From Eledone cirrhosa (taxonomy: Eukaryota), in assembly GCA_964016885.1 (NCBI GenBank), contig OZ024743.1, forward strand, positions 297,352,001-297,416,000: 64,000 nucleotides of DNA, written 5' to 3'. Numbering within the stretch: position 1 is the stretch's first letter; every line of letters starts with the position of its first letter. Positions 40,780-54,700 of the stretch are shown here, piece after piece. The position numbers were made by a program, and so were the translations under genes. The notes beneath the pieces were generated by a model. It searched no databases and was not told the DNA's origin. It was given only the letters and a program-made list of their open reading frames with translations.

Positions 40780-43700
40780 AGGAGATACCAGTGACGTATG
40801 CAAGAGTTCGGAGAGGAGATACCAGTGACGTATGTAAGAGTTAGGAGAGGAGATACCAGTGACGTATGTAAGAGTTAGGAGAGGAGATACCAGTGACGTA
40901 CGTAAGAGTTAGGAGAGGAGATACCAGTGACGTATGTAAGTGTTAGGGGAAGAGATACCAGTGACGTGTGTAAGAGTTACGAGAGGAGATACCGGTGACG
41001 TATGTAAGTGTTAGGGGAGGAGATACCAGTGACGTATGTAAGAGTTAGGAGAGGAGATACCAGTGACGTATGTAAGAGTTAGGAGAGGAGATATCAGTGA
41101 CGTATGTCAGAGTTAGGAAGGAGATACCAGTGCCGAACGTAAGTGTTACGAGAGGAGATACCAGTGACGTATGTAAGAGCTAGGGGAGGAGATACCAGTG
41201 ACGTATGCAAGAGTTAGGAGAGGAGATACGAGTGCCGTATGTAAGAGTTAGGGGAGGAGATACCAGTGACGTATGTAAGAGTTAGGAGAGGAGATACCAG
41301 TGACGTATGTAAGAGCTAGGGCAGGAGATACCAGTGACGTATGTAAGAGTTAGGAGAGGAGATACCAGTGACGTATGTAAGAGTCAGGAGAGGAGATACC
41401 AGTGACGTATGTAAGAGTTAGGAGAGGAGATACCAGTGACGTATGTAAGAGTTACGAGAGGAGATACCAATGACGTATGTAAGTGTTATGAGAGGAGATA
41501 TCAGTGACGTATGTAAGAGTTAGGAGAGGAGATACCAGTGAAGTATGTAAGAGTTAGGAGGGGAGATACCAGTGACGTATGTAAGAGTTAGGAGAGGAGA
41601 TACCAGTGACGTATGTAAGAGTTAGGAGAGGAGATACCAGTGACGTATGTAAGAGTTAGGAGAGGAGATACCAGTGACCTATGTAAGAGTTAGGAAGGAG
41701 ATATCAGTGTCGTATGTAAAGGTTAGGAGAGGAGATACCAGTGACGTATGTAAGAGTTAGGAGAGCAGATACCAGTAACGTATGTAAGAGTTAGGAGAGG
41801 AGATACAAGTGATGTATGTAAGAGTTAGGAGAGGAGATACCGGTGACGTATTTAAGTGTTAGGAGAGGAGATATCAGTGACGTATGTAAGTGTTACGAGA
41901 GGAGATACCAGTGAGGTATGTAAGAGTAAGGGGAGGAGATACCAGTGCCGTATGTAAGAGCTAGGGGAGGAGATACCAGTGACGTATGTAAGAGCTAGGG
42001 GAGGAGATACCAGTGACGTATGTAAGAGTTAGGAGAGGAGATATCAGTGACGTATGTAAGTGTTACGAGAGGAGATACCAGTGACGTATGTAAGAGTTAC
42101 GAGAGGAGATACCAGTGACGTATGTAAGAGTTAGGAGAGGAGATATCAATGACGTATGTAAGAGTTAGGAGAGGAGATACCAGTGACGTATGTAAGTGTT
42201 ACGAGCGGAGATATCAGTGACGTATGTAAGTGTTAGGGGAGGAGATACCAGTGACGTTTGTAAGAGTTAGGAGAGGAGATACCAGTGACGTATGTAAGAG
42301 TTAGGAAAGGAGATATCAATGACGTATGTAAGAGTTAGGAGAGGAGATACCAGTGACGTATGTAATAGTTAGGAGAGGAGATACCAGTGACGTATGTAAG
42401 TGTTACGAGAGGAGATACCATTGACGTATGTAAGTGTTACGAGAGGAGATACCAGTGACGTAAGTAAGAGTTAGGAGAGGAGATACCAGTGACGTATGTA
42501 AGAGTTAGGAGAGGAGATACCAGTGACGTATGTAAGAGTTAGGAGAGGAGATTCCAGTGACGTATGTAAGTGTTACGAGAGGAGATACGAGTGACGTATG
42601 TAAGAGCTAGGGGAGGAGATACCAGTGACGTATGTAACAGTTAGGAGAGGAGATACCAGTGCCGTATGTAAGAGTTAGGGGAAGAGATACCAGTGAGGTA
42701 TGTAAGAGTTAGGAGAGGAGATACCAGTGACGTATGTAAGAGCTAGGGGAGGAGATACCAGTGCCGTATGTAAGAGTTAGGAGAGGAGATACCAGTGACG
42801 TATGCAAGAGTTCGGAGAGGAGATACCAGTGACGTATGTAAGAGTTAGGAGAGGAGATACCAGTGACGTATGTAAGAGTTAGGAGAGGAGATACCAGTGA
42901 CGTACGTAAGAGTTAGGAGAGGAGATACCAGTGACGTATGTAAGTGTTAGGGGAAGAGATACCAGTGACGTGTGTAAGAGTTACGAGAGGAGATACCGGT
43001 GACGTATGTAAGTGTTTGGGGAGGAGATACCAGTGACGTATGTAAGAGTTAGGAGAGGAGATACCAGTGACGTATGTAAGAGTTAGGAGAGGAGATATCA
43101 GTGACGTATGTCAGAGTTAGGAAGGAGATACCAGTGCCGAACGTAAGTGTTACGAGAGGAGATACCAGTGACGTATGTAAGAGCTAGGGGAGGAGATACC
43201 AGTGACGTATGCAAGAGTTAGGAGAGGAGATACGAGTGCCGTATGTAAGAGTTAGGGGAGGAGATACCAGTGACGTATGTAAGAGTTAGGAGAGGAGATA
43301 CCAGTGACGTATGTAAGAGCTAGGGCAGGAGATACCAGTGACGTATGTAAGAGTTAGGAGAGGAGATACCAGTGACGTATGTAAGAGTCAGGAGAGGAGA
43401 TACCAGTGACGTATGTAAGAGTTAGGAGAGGAGATACCAGTGACGTATGTAAGAGTTACGAGAGGAGATACCAATGACGTATGTAAGTGTTATGAGAGGA
43501 GATATCAGTGACGTATGTAAGAGTTAGGAGAGGAGATACCAGTGAAGTATGTAAGAGTTAGGAGGGGAGATACCAGTGACGTATGTAAGAGTTAGGAGAG
43601 GAGATACCAGTGACGTATGTAAGAGTTAGGAGAGGAGATACCAGTGACGTATGTAAGAGTTAGGAGAGGAGATACCAGTGACGTATGGAAGAGTTAGGAA

Positions 43701-45160
43701 GGAGATATCAGTGACGTATGTAAGAGTTAGCAAGGAGATACCAGTGACGTATGTAAGAGTTAGGGGAGGAGATACCAGTGACGTATGTAAGAGTTAGGAG
43801 AGGAGATACCAGTGACGTATGTAAGAGTTAGGAGAGGAGATACCAGTGACGTATGGAAGAGTTAGGAAGGAGATGTCAGTGACGTATGTAAGAGTTAGGA
43901 GAGGAGATACCAGTGACGTATGTAAGAGTTAGGAGAGGAGATACCAGTGACGTATGTAAGAGTTAGGAGAGGAGATACCAGTGACGTTTGTAAGAGTTAG
44001 GAGAGGAGATACCAGTGACGTATGTAAGAGTTAGGAGAGGAGATACCAGTGACGTATGTAAGAGTTAGGAAGGAGATATCAGTGTCGTATGTAAAGGTTA
44101 GGAGAGGAGATACCAGTGACGTATGTAAGAGTTAGGAGAGCAGATACCAGTAACGTATGTAAGAGTTAGGAGAGGAGATACAAGTGATGTATGTAAGAGT
44201 TAGGAGAGGAGATACCGGTGACGTATTTAAGTGTTAGGAGAGGAGATATCAGTGACGTATGTAAGTGTTACGAGAGGAGATACCAGTGAGGTATGTAAGA
44301 GTAAGGGGAGGAGATACCAGTGCCGTATGTAAGAGCTAGGGGAGGAGATACCAGTGACGTATGTAAGAGCTAGGGGAGGAGATACCAGTGACGTATGTAA
44401 GAGTTAGGAGAGGAGATATCAGTGACGTATGTAAGTGTTACGAGAGGAGATACCAGTGACGTATGTAAGAGTTACGAGAGGAGATACCAGTGACGTATGT
44501 AAGAGTTAGGAGAGGAGATATCAATGACGTATGTAAGAGTTAGGAGAGGAGATACCAGTGACGTATGTAAGTGTTACGAGCGGAGATATCAGTGACGTAT
44601 GTAAGTGTTAGGGGAGGAGATACCAGTGACGTTTGTAAGAGTTAGGAGAGGAGATACCAGTGACGTATGTAAGAGTTAGGAAAGGAGATATCAATGACGT
44701 ATGTAAGAGTTAGGAGAGGAGATACCAGTGACGTATGTAATAGTTAGGAGAGGAGATACCAGTGACGTATGTAAGTGTTACGAGAGGAGATACCATTGAC
44801 GTATGTAAGTGTTACGAGAGGAGATACCAGTGACGTAAGTAAGAGTTAGGAGAGGAGATACCAGTGACGTATGTAAGAGTTAGGAGAGGAGATACCAGTG
44901 ACGTATGTAAGAGTTAGGAGAGGAGATTCCAGTGACGTATGTAAGTGTTACGAGAGGAGATACGAGTGACGTATGTAAGAGCTAGGGGAGGAGATACCAG
45001 TGACGTATGTAACAGTTAGGAGAGGAGATACCAGTGCCGTATGTAAGAGTTAGGGGAAGAGATACCAGTGACGTATGTAAGAGTTAGGAGAGGAGATACC
45101 AGTGACGTATGTAAGAGCTAGGGGAGGAGATACCAGTGCCGTATGTAAGAGTTAGGAGAG
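40780..45160 (+). repeat. Tandem duplication, 2,004-bp offset widening to 2,375 bp after an internal 11-monomer indel
   Basis: GCAGG (in TAGGGCAGG) occurs at 41321/43325 (2,004) and ACGAGCGG at 42201/44576 (2,375). GCCGAACGT, GTGAGGTAT and GACGTGTGT variants are shared. Confidence 0.88.
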
Positions 45161-45769
45161 GAGATACCAGTGACGTATGTAAGAGTTAGGAGAGGAGATA
45201 CCAGTGACGTATGTAAGAGTTAGGGGAGGAGATACCAGTGACGTATGTAAGAGTTACGAGAGGAGATACCAGTGACGTATGTAAGTGTTATGAGAGGAGA
45301 TATCAGTGACGTAGTAAGAGTTAGGAGAGGAGATACCAGTGAAGTATGTAAGAGTTAGGAGAGGAGATACCAGTGACGTTGTAAGAGTTAGGAGAGGAGA
45401 TACCAGTGACGTATGTAAGAGTTAGGAGAGGAGATACCAGTGACGTATGTAAGAGTTAGGAGAGGAGATACCAGTGACGTATGGAAGAGTTAGGAAGGAG
45501 ATATCAGTGACGTATGTAAGAGTTAGCAAGGAGATACCAGTGACGTATGTAAGAGTTAGGGGAGGAGATACCAGTGACGTATGTAAGAGTTAGGAGAGGA
45601 GATACCAGTGACGTATGTAAGAGTTAGGAGAGGAGATACCAGTGACGTATGGAAGAGTTAGGAAGGAGATATCAGTGACGTATGTAAGAGTTAGGAGAGG
45701 AGATACCAGTGACGTATGTAAGAGTTAGGAGAGGAGATACCAGTGACGTATGTAAGAGTTAGGAGAGGA

Positions 45770-48700
45770 GATACCAGTGACGTTTGTAAGAGTTAGGAGA
45801 GGAGATACCAGTGACGTATGTATGAGTTAGGAGAGGAGATACAAGTGACGTATGTAAGAGTTAGGAAGGAGATATCAGTGACGTATGTAAGAGTTAGGAG
45901 AGGAGATACCAGTGACGTATGTAAGAGTTCGGAGAGGAGATACCAGTGACGTATGTAAGAGTTAGGAGAGGAGATACCAGTGACGTATGTAAGAGTTAGG
46001 AGAGGAGATACCACTGACGTATGTAAGAGTTAGGAGAGGATATACCAGTGACGTATGTAACAGTTAGGAGAGGAGATACCAGTGACGTATGTAAGAGTTA
46101 GGGAAGGAGATACCAGTGACGTATGTCAGAGTTAGGAGAGGAGATACCAGTGACCTATGTAAGAGTTACGAGAGGAGATACCAGTGACGTATGTAAGTGT
46201 TAGAGGAGGAGATACCAGTAACGTATGTAAGAGTTAGGAGAGGAGATACTAGGGACGTATGTAAGAGTTAGGAGAGGAGATATCAGTGACGTATGTCAGA
46301 GTTAGGAGAGGAGATACCAGTGACGTATTTAAGTGTTAGGGGAGGAGATACCAGTGCCGTATGTAAGAGTTAGGAAGGAGATACCAGTGACGTATGTAAG
46401 AGTTACGAGAGGAGATACCAGTGACGTATGTAAGTGTTAGGGGAGGAGATACCAGTGACGTATGTAAGAGTTAGGAGAGGAGATACTAGTAACGTATGTA
46501 AGAGTTAGGAGAGGAGATATCAGTGACGTATGTCAGAGTTAGGAGAGGAGATACCAGTGACGTATGTAAGAGTTAGGAGAGGAGATACCAGTGACGTATG
46601 TAAGTGTTAAGAGAGGAGATACCAGTGACGTATGTAAGAGTTAGGAGAGGAGATACCAGTGACGTATGTAAGAGTTAGGAGAGGAGATACCAGTGACGTA
46701 TGTAAGAGCTAGGAGAGGAGATACCAGTGACGTATGTAAGTGTTAGGAGAGGAGATACCAGTGACGTATGTAAGAGTTAGGAGAGGAGATACCAGTGACG
46801 TATGTAAGAGTTAGGAGAGGAGATACCAGTGACGTATGTAAGAGTTAGGAGAGGAGATACCAGTGATGTATGGAAGAGTTAGGAAGTAGATACCAGTGAC
46901 GTATGTAAGAGTTAGGAGATACCAGTGACGTATGCAAGAGTTAGGAGAGGAGATACCAGTGACGTATGTAAGTGTTAGGGGAAGAGATACCAGTGACGTA
47001 TGTAAGAGTTAGGAGAGGAGATACCAGTGACGTATGTAAGAGTTAGGAGAGGAGATACCAGTGACGTATGGAAGAGTTAGGAGATACCAGTGACGTATGT
47101 AAGAGTTAGGAGAGGAGATACCAGTGACGTATGTAAGTGTTAGGGGAAGAGATACCAGTGACGTATGTAAGAGTTACGAGAGGAGATACCAGTGACGTAT
47201 GTAAGTGTTAGGGGAGGAGATACCAGTGACGTATGTAAGAGTTAGGAGAGGAGATATCAGTGACGTATGTCAGAGTTAGGAAGGAGATACCAGTGCTGTA
47301 TGTAAGTGTTACGAGAGGAGATACCAGTGTCGTATGTAAGAGCTACGGGAGGAGATACCAGTGACGTATGTAAGAGTTAGGAGAGGTGATACCAGTGCCG
47401 TATGTAAGAGTTAGGGGAGGAGATACCAGTGACGTATGTAAGAGTTAGGAGAGGAGATACCAGTGACGTATGTAAGAGCTAGGGGAGGAGATACCAGTGA
47501 CGTATGTAAGAGTTAGGAGAGGAGATACCAGTGACGTATGTAAGAGTTAGGAGAGGAGATACCAGTGACGTATGTAAGAGTTAGGAGAGGAGATACCAGT
47601 GACGTATGTAAGAGTTAGGAGAGGAGATACCAGTGACGTATGTAAGAGTTAGGAGAGGAGATACCAGTGACGTATGGAAGAGTTAGGAAGGAGATATCAG
47701 CGACGTATGTAAGAGTTAGCAAGGAGATACCAGTGACGTATGTAAGAGTTAGGGGAGGAGATACCAGTGACGTATGTAAGAGTTAGGAGAGGAGATACCA
47801 GTGACGTATGTAAGAGTTAGGAGAGGAGATATCAGTGACGTATGGAAGAGTTAGGAAGGAGATATCAGTGACGTATGTAAGAGTTAGGAGAGGAGATACC
47901 AGTGACGTATGTAAGAGTTAGGGGAGGAGATACCAGTGACGTATGTAAGAGTTAGGAGAGGAGATACCAGTGACGTTTGTAAGAGTTAGGAGAGGAGATA
48001 CCAGTGACGTATATAAGAGTTATGAAGGAGATATCAGTGACGTATGTAAGAGTTAGGAGAGGAGATACCAGTGACGTATGTAAGAGTTCGGAGAGGAGAT
48101 ACCAGTGACGTACGTAAGAGTTAGGAGAGGAGATACCAGTGACGTATGTAAGAGTTAGGAGAGGAGATACCACTGACGTATGTAAGAGTTAGGAGAGGAT
48201 ATACCAGTGACGTATGTAACAGTTATGAGAGGAGATACCAGTGACGTATGTAAGAGTTAGGGGAGGAGATACCAGTGACGTATGTCAGAGTTAGGAGAGG
48301 AGATACCAGTGACGTATGTAAGCGTTAGGAGAGGAGATACCAGTGACGTATTTATGTGTTAGGGGAGGAGATACCAGTGCCGTATGTAAGACTTAGGAAG
48401 GAGATACCAGTGACGTATGTAAGTGTTAGGGGAGGAGATACCAGTGACGTATGTAAGAGTTAGGAGAGGAGATACTAGTGACGTATGTAAGAGTTAGGAG
48501 AGGAGATATCAGTGACGTATGTCAGAGTTAGGATAGGAGATACCAGTGACGTATTTAAGTGTTAGGGGAGGAGATACCAGTGCCGTATGTAAGAGTTAGG
48601 AGAGGAGATATCAGTGACGTATGTCAGAGTTAGGAGAGGATATACCAGTGACGTATGTGAGAGTTAGGGGAGGAGATACCAGTGACGTATGTAAGAGTTA

Positions 48701-51700
48701 TGAGAGGGGATACCCGTGACGTATGTAAGAGTTAGGAGAGGAGATACCAGTGACGTATGTAAGAGTTAGGGGAGGAGATACCAGTGACGTATGTAAGAGT
48801 TTGGAGAGGAGATACCATTGACGTATGTAAGAGTTAGGAGAGGAGATATCAATGACGTATGTAAGAGTTAGGAGAGGAGATACCAGTGACGTATGTAAGT
48901 GTTACGAGAGGAGATATCAGTGACGTATGTAAGAGTTAGGAGAGGAGATACCAGTGACGTATGTAAGAGTTAGGAGAGGAGATACCAGTGACGTATGTAA
49001 GAGTTAGGAGAGGAGATACCAGTGACGTATGTAAGAGTTAGGGGAGGAGATACCAGTGACGTATGTAAGAGTTAGGAGAGGATATACCAGTGACGTATGT
49101 AAGAGTTAGGAGAGGAGATACCAGTGACGTATGTAAGAGTTAGGAAGGAGATACCAGTGCCGTATGTAAGTGTTACGAGAGGAGATATCAGTGACGTATG
49201 TAAGAGTTAGGAGAGGAGATACCAGTGACGTATGTAAGAGTTAGGAGAGGAGATACCAGTGACGTATGTAAGAGTTAGGAGAGGAGATACCAGTGACGTA
49301 TGTAAGAGTTAGGGGAGGAGATACCAGTGACGTATGTAAGAGTTAGGAGAGGATATACCAGTGACGTATGTAAGAGTTAGGAGAGGAGATACCAGTGACG
49401 TATGTAAGAGTTAGGGGAGGAGATACCAGTGACGTATGTAAGAGTTAGGAGAGGATATACCAGTGACGTATGTAAGAGTTAGGGGAGGAGATACCAGTGC
49501 CGTATGTAAGTGTTACGAGAGGAGATACCAGTGCCGTATGTAAGAGTTAGGGGAGGAGATACCAGTGACGTATGTAAGAGTTAGGAGAGGAGATACCAGT
49601 GCCGTATGTAAGAGTTAGGGGAGGAGATACCAGTGACGTAAGAGTTAGGAGAGGAGATACCAGTGCCGTATGTAAGAGTTAGGAGAGGAGATACCAGTGA
49701 CGTATGTAAGAGTTAGGAGAGGAGATACCAGTGACGTATGTAAGAGTTTGGAGATGAGATACCAGTGACGTATGTAAGAGTTAGGAGAGGAGATACCAGT
49801 GACGTATGTAAGAGTTAGGAGAGGAGATACCAGTGACGTATGGAAGAGTTAGGAAGGAGATATCAGCGACGTATGTAAGAGTTAGCAAGGAGATACCAGT
49901 GACGTATGTAAGAGTTAGGGGAGGAGATACCAGTGACGTATGTAAGAGTTAGGGGAGGAGATACCAGTGACGTATGTCAGAGTTAGGAGAGGAGATACCA
50001 GTGACGTATGTAAGCGTTAGGAGAGGAGATACCAGTGACGTATTTCAGTGTTAGGGGAGGAGATACCAGTGACGTATGGAAGAGTTAGGAAGGAGATACC
50101 AGTGACGTATGTAAGAGTTACGAGAGGAGATACCAGTGACGTATGTAAGTGTTAGGGGAGGAGATACCCGTGACGTATGTAAGAGTTAGGAGAGGAGATA
50201 CTAGTGACGTATGTAAGAGTTAGGAGAGGAGATATCAGTGACGTATGTCAGAGTTAGGAGAGGAGATACCAGTGACGTATTTAAGTGTTAGGGGAGGAGA
50301 TACCAGTGCCGTATGTAAGAGTTAAGAAGGAGATACCAGTGACGTATGTAAGTGTTAGGGGAGGAGATACCAGTGACGTATGTAAGAGTTAGGAGAGGAG
50401 ATACTAGTGACGTATGTAAGGGTTAGGAGAGGAGATATCAGTGACGTATGTCAGAGTTAGGAGAGGATATACCAGTGACGTATATAAGAGTTAGGGGAGG
50501 AGATACCAGTGACGTATGTAAGAGTTATGAGAGGGGATACCCGTGACGTATGTAAGAGTTAGGAGAGGAGATACCAGTGACGTATGTAAGAGTTAGGGGA
50601 GGAGATACCAGTGACGTATGTAAGAGTTTGGAGAGGAGATACCATTGACGTATGTAAGAGTTAGGAGAGGAGATATCAATGACGTATGTAAGAGTTAGGA
50701 GAGGAGATACCAGTGACGTATGTAAGTGTTACGAGAGGAGATATCAGTGACGTATGTAAGAGTTAGGAGAGGAGATACCAGTGACGTATGTAAGAGTTCG
50801 GAGAGGAGATACCAGTGACGTACGAAAGAGTTAGGAGAGGAGATACCAGTGACGTATGTAAGAGTTAGGAGAGGAGATACCACTGACGTATGTAAGAGTT
50901 AGGAGAGGATATACCAGTGACGTATGTATCAGTTAGGAGAGGAGATACCAGTGACGTATGTAAGAGTTAGGGGAGGAGATACCAGTGACGTATGTCAGAG
51001 TTAGGAGAGGAGATACCAGTGACGTATGTAAGCGTTAGGAGAGGAGATACCAGTGACGTATGTAAGTGTTAGGGGAGGAGATACCAGTGACGTATGTAAG
51101 AGTTAGGAGAGGAGATACCAGTGACGTATGTAAGAGTTAGGAGAGGAGATATCAGTGACGTATGTCAGAGTTAGGAAGGAGATACCAGTGCCGTATGTAA
51201 GTGTTACGAGAGGAGATACCAGTGACGTATGTAAGAGCTAGGGGAGGAGATACCAGTGACGTATGTAAGAGTTAGGAGAGGAGATACCAGTGCCGTATGT
51301 AAGAGTTAGGGGAGGAGATACCAGTGACGTATGTAAGAGTTAGGGGAGGAGATACCAGTGACGTATGTAAAAGCTAGGAGAGGAGATACCAGTGACGTAT
51401 GTAAGAGTTAGGAGAGGAGATACCAGGGACGTATGTAAGAGTTAGGAGAGGAGATACCAGTGACGTATGTAAGAGTTAGGAGAGGAGATACCAGTGACGT
51501 ATGTAAGAGTTAGGAGAGGAGATACCAGTGACGTATGTAAGAGTTAGGAGAGGAGATACCAGTGACGTATGGAAGAGTTAGGAAGGAGATATCAGCGACG
51601 TATGTAAGAGTTAGCAAGGAGATACCAGTGACGTATGAAAGAGTTAGGGGAGGAGATACCAGTGACGTATGTAAGAGTTAGGGGAGGAGATACCAGTGAC

Positions 51701-54700
51701 GTATGTCAGAGTTAGGAGAGGAGATACCAGTGACGTATGTAAGCGTTAGGAGAGGAGATACCAGTGACGTATTTAAGTGTTAGGGGAGGAGATACCAGTG
51801 CCGTATGTAAGAGTTAGGAAGGAGATACCAGTGACGTATGTAAGAGTTACGAGAGGAGATACCAGTGACGTATGTAAGTGTTAGGGGAGGAGATACCAGT
51901 GACGTATGTAAGAGTTAGGAGAGGAGATACTAGTGACGTATGTAAGAGTTAGGAGAGGAGATATCAGTGACGTATGTCAGAGTTAGGAGAGGAGATACCA
52001 GTGACGCATTTAAGTGTTAGGGGAGGAGATACCAGTGCCGTATGTAAGAGTTAGGAAGGAGATACCAGTGACGTATGTAAGAGTTAGGAGAGGAGATACC
52101 AGTGACGTATGTAAGTGTTAGGGGAGGAGATACTAGTGACGTATGTAAGAGTTAGGAGAGGAGATACTAGTGACGTATGTAAGAGTTAGGAGAGGAGATA
52201 TCAGTGACGTATGTCAGAGTTAGGAGAGGATATACCAGTGACGTATATAAGAGTTAGGGGAGGAGATACCAGTGACGTATGTAAGAGTTATGAGAGGGGA
52301 TACCCGTGACGTATGTAAGAGTTAGGAGAGGAGATACCAGTGACGTATGTAAGAGTTAGGGGAGGAGATACCAGTGACGTATGTAAGAGTTTGGAGAGGA
52401 GATATCAATGACGTATGTAAGAGTTAGGAGAGGAGATACCAGTGACGTATGTAAGTGTTACGAGAGGAGATATCAGTGACGTATGTAAGAGTTAGGAGAG
52501 GAGATACCAGTGACGTATGTAAGAGTTAGGAGAGGAGATACCAGTGACGTATGTAAGAGTTAGGAGAGGAGATACCAGTGACGTATGTAAGAGTTAGGGG
52601 AGGAGATACCAGTGACGTATGTAAGAGTTAGGAGAGGATATACCAGTGACGTATGTAAGAGTTAGGAGAGGAGATACCAGTGACGTATGTAAGAGTTAGG
52701 GGAGGAGATACCAGTGACGTATGTAAGAGTTAGGGGAGGAGATACCAGTGACGTATGTAAGAGTTAGGGGAGGAGATACCAGTGACGTATGTAAGAGTTA
52801 GGGGAGGAGATACCAGTGAAGTATGTAAGAGTTAGGAGAGGAGACACCAGTGACGTATGTAAGAGTTAGGAGAGGAGATACCAGTTACGTATGTAAGAGT
52901 TAGGGGAGGAGATACCAGTGACGTATGTAAGAGTTAGGAGAGGAGATACCAGTGACGTATGTAAGAGTTATGGGAGGAGATACCAGTGACGTATGTAAGT
53001 GTTAGGGGAAGAGATACCAGTGACGTATGTAAGAGTTACGAGAGGAGATACCAGTGACGTATGTAAGTGTTAGGGGAGGAGATAGCAGTGACGTATGTAA
53101 GAGTTAGGAGAGGACATACCAGTGACGTATGTCAGAGTTAGGAGAGGAGATATCAGTGACGTATGTCAGAGTTAGGAAGGAGATACCAGTGCCGTATGTA
53201 AGTGTTACGAGAGGAGATACGAGTGACGTATGTAAGAGCTAGGGGAGGAGATACCAGTGACGTATGTAAGAGTTAGGAGAGGAGATACCAGTGCCGTATG
53301 TAAGAGCTAGGGGAGGAGATACCAGTGACGTATGTAAGAGTTAGGAGAGAAGATACCAGTGACGTATGTAAGAGCTAGGGGAGGAGATACCAGTGACGTA
53401 TGTAAGAGTTAGGAGAGGAGATACCAGTGACGTATGTAAGAGTTAGGAGAGGAGATACCAGTGACGTATGTAAGAGTTAGGGGAGGAGATACCAGTGACG
53501 TATGTAAGAGTTACGAGAGGAGATACCAGTGACGTATGTAAGAGTTAGGAGAGGAGATACCAGTGACGTTTGTAAGAGTTAGGAGAGGAGATACCAGTGA
53601 CGTATGTATGAGTTAGGAGAGGAGATACAAGTTACGTATGTAAGAGTTAGGAAGGAGATATCAGTGACGTATGTAAGAGTTAGGAGAGGAGATACCAGTG
53701 ACGTATGTAAGAGTTCGGAGAGGAGATACCAGTGACGTATGTAAGAGTTAGGAGAGGAGATACCAGTGACGTATGTAAGAGTTAGGAGAGGAGATACCAC
53801 TGACGTATGTAAGAGTTAGGAGAGGATATACCAGTGACGTATGTAACAGTTAGGAGAGGAGATACCAGTGACGTATGTAAGTGTTAGGGAAGGAGATACC
53901 AGTGACGTATGTCAGAGTTAGGAGAGGAGATACCAGTGACGTATGTAAGAGTTACGAGAGGAGATACCAGTGACGTATGTAAGAGTTAGGAGAGGAGATA
54001 CCAGTGATGTATGGAAGAGTTAGGAAGTAGATACCAGTGACGTATGTAAGAGTTAGGAGATACCAGTGACGTATGCAAGAGTTAGGAGAGGAGATACCAG
54101 TGACGTATGTAAGTGTTAGGGGAAGAGATACCAGTGACGTATGTAAGAGTTAGGAGAGGAGATACCAGTGACGTATGTAAGAGTTAGGAGAGGAGATACC
54201 AGTGACGTATGTAAGTGTTAGGGGAAGAGATACCAGTGACGTATTTAAGTGTTAGGGGAGGAGATACCAGTGCCGTATGTAAGAGTTAGGAAGGAGATAC
54301 CAGTGACGTATGTAAGAGTTACGAGAGGAGATACCAGTGACGTATGTAAGTGTTAGGGGAGGAGATACCAGTGACGTATGTAAGAGTTAGGAGAGGAGAT
54401 ACTAGTAACGTATGTAAGAGTTAGGAGAGGAGATATCAGTGACGTATGTCAGAGTTAGGAGAGGAGATACCAGTGACGTATGTAAGAGTTAGGAGAGGAG
54501 ATACCAGTGACGTATGTAAGTGTTAAGAGAGGAGATACCAGTGACGTATGTAAGAGTTAGGAGAGGAGATACCAGTGACGTATGTAAGAGTTAGGAGAGG
54601 AGATACCAGTGACGTATGTAAGAGCTAGGAGAGGAGATACCAGTGACGTATGTAAGTGTTAGGAGAGGAGATACCAGTGACGTATGTAAGAGTTAGGAGA

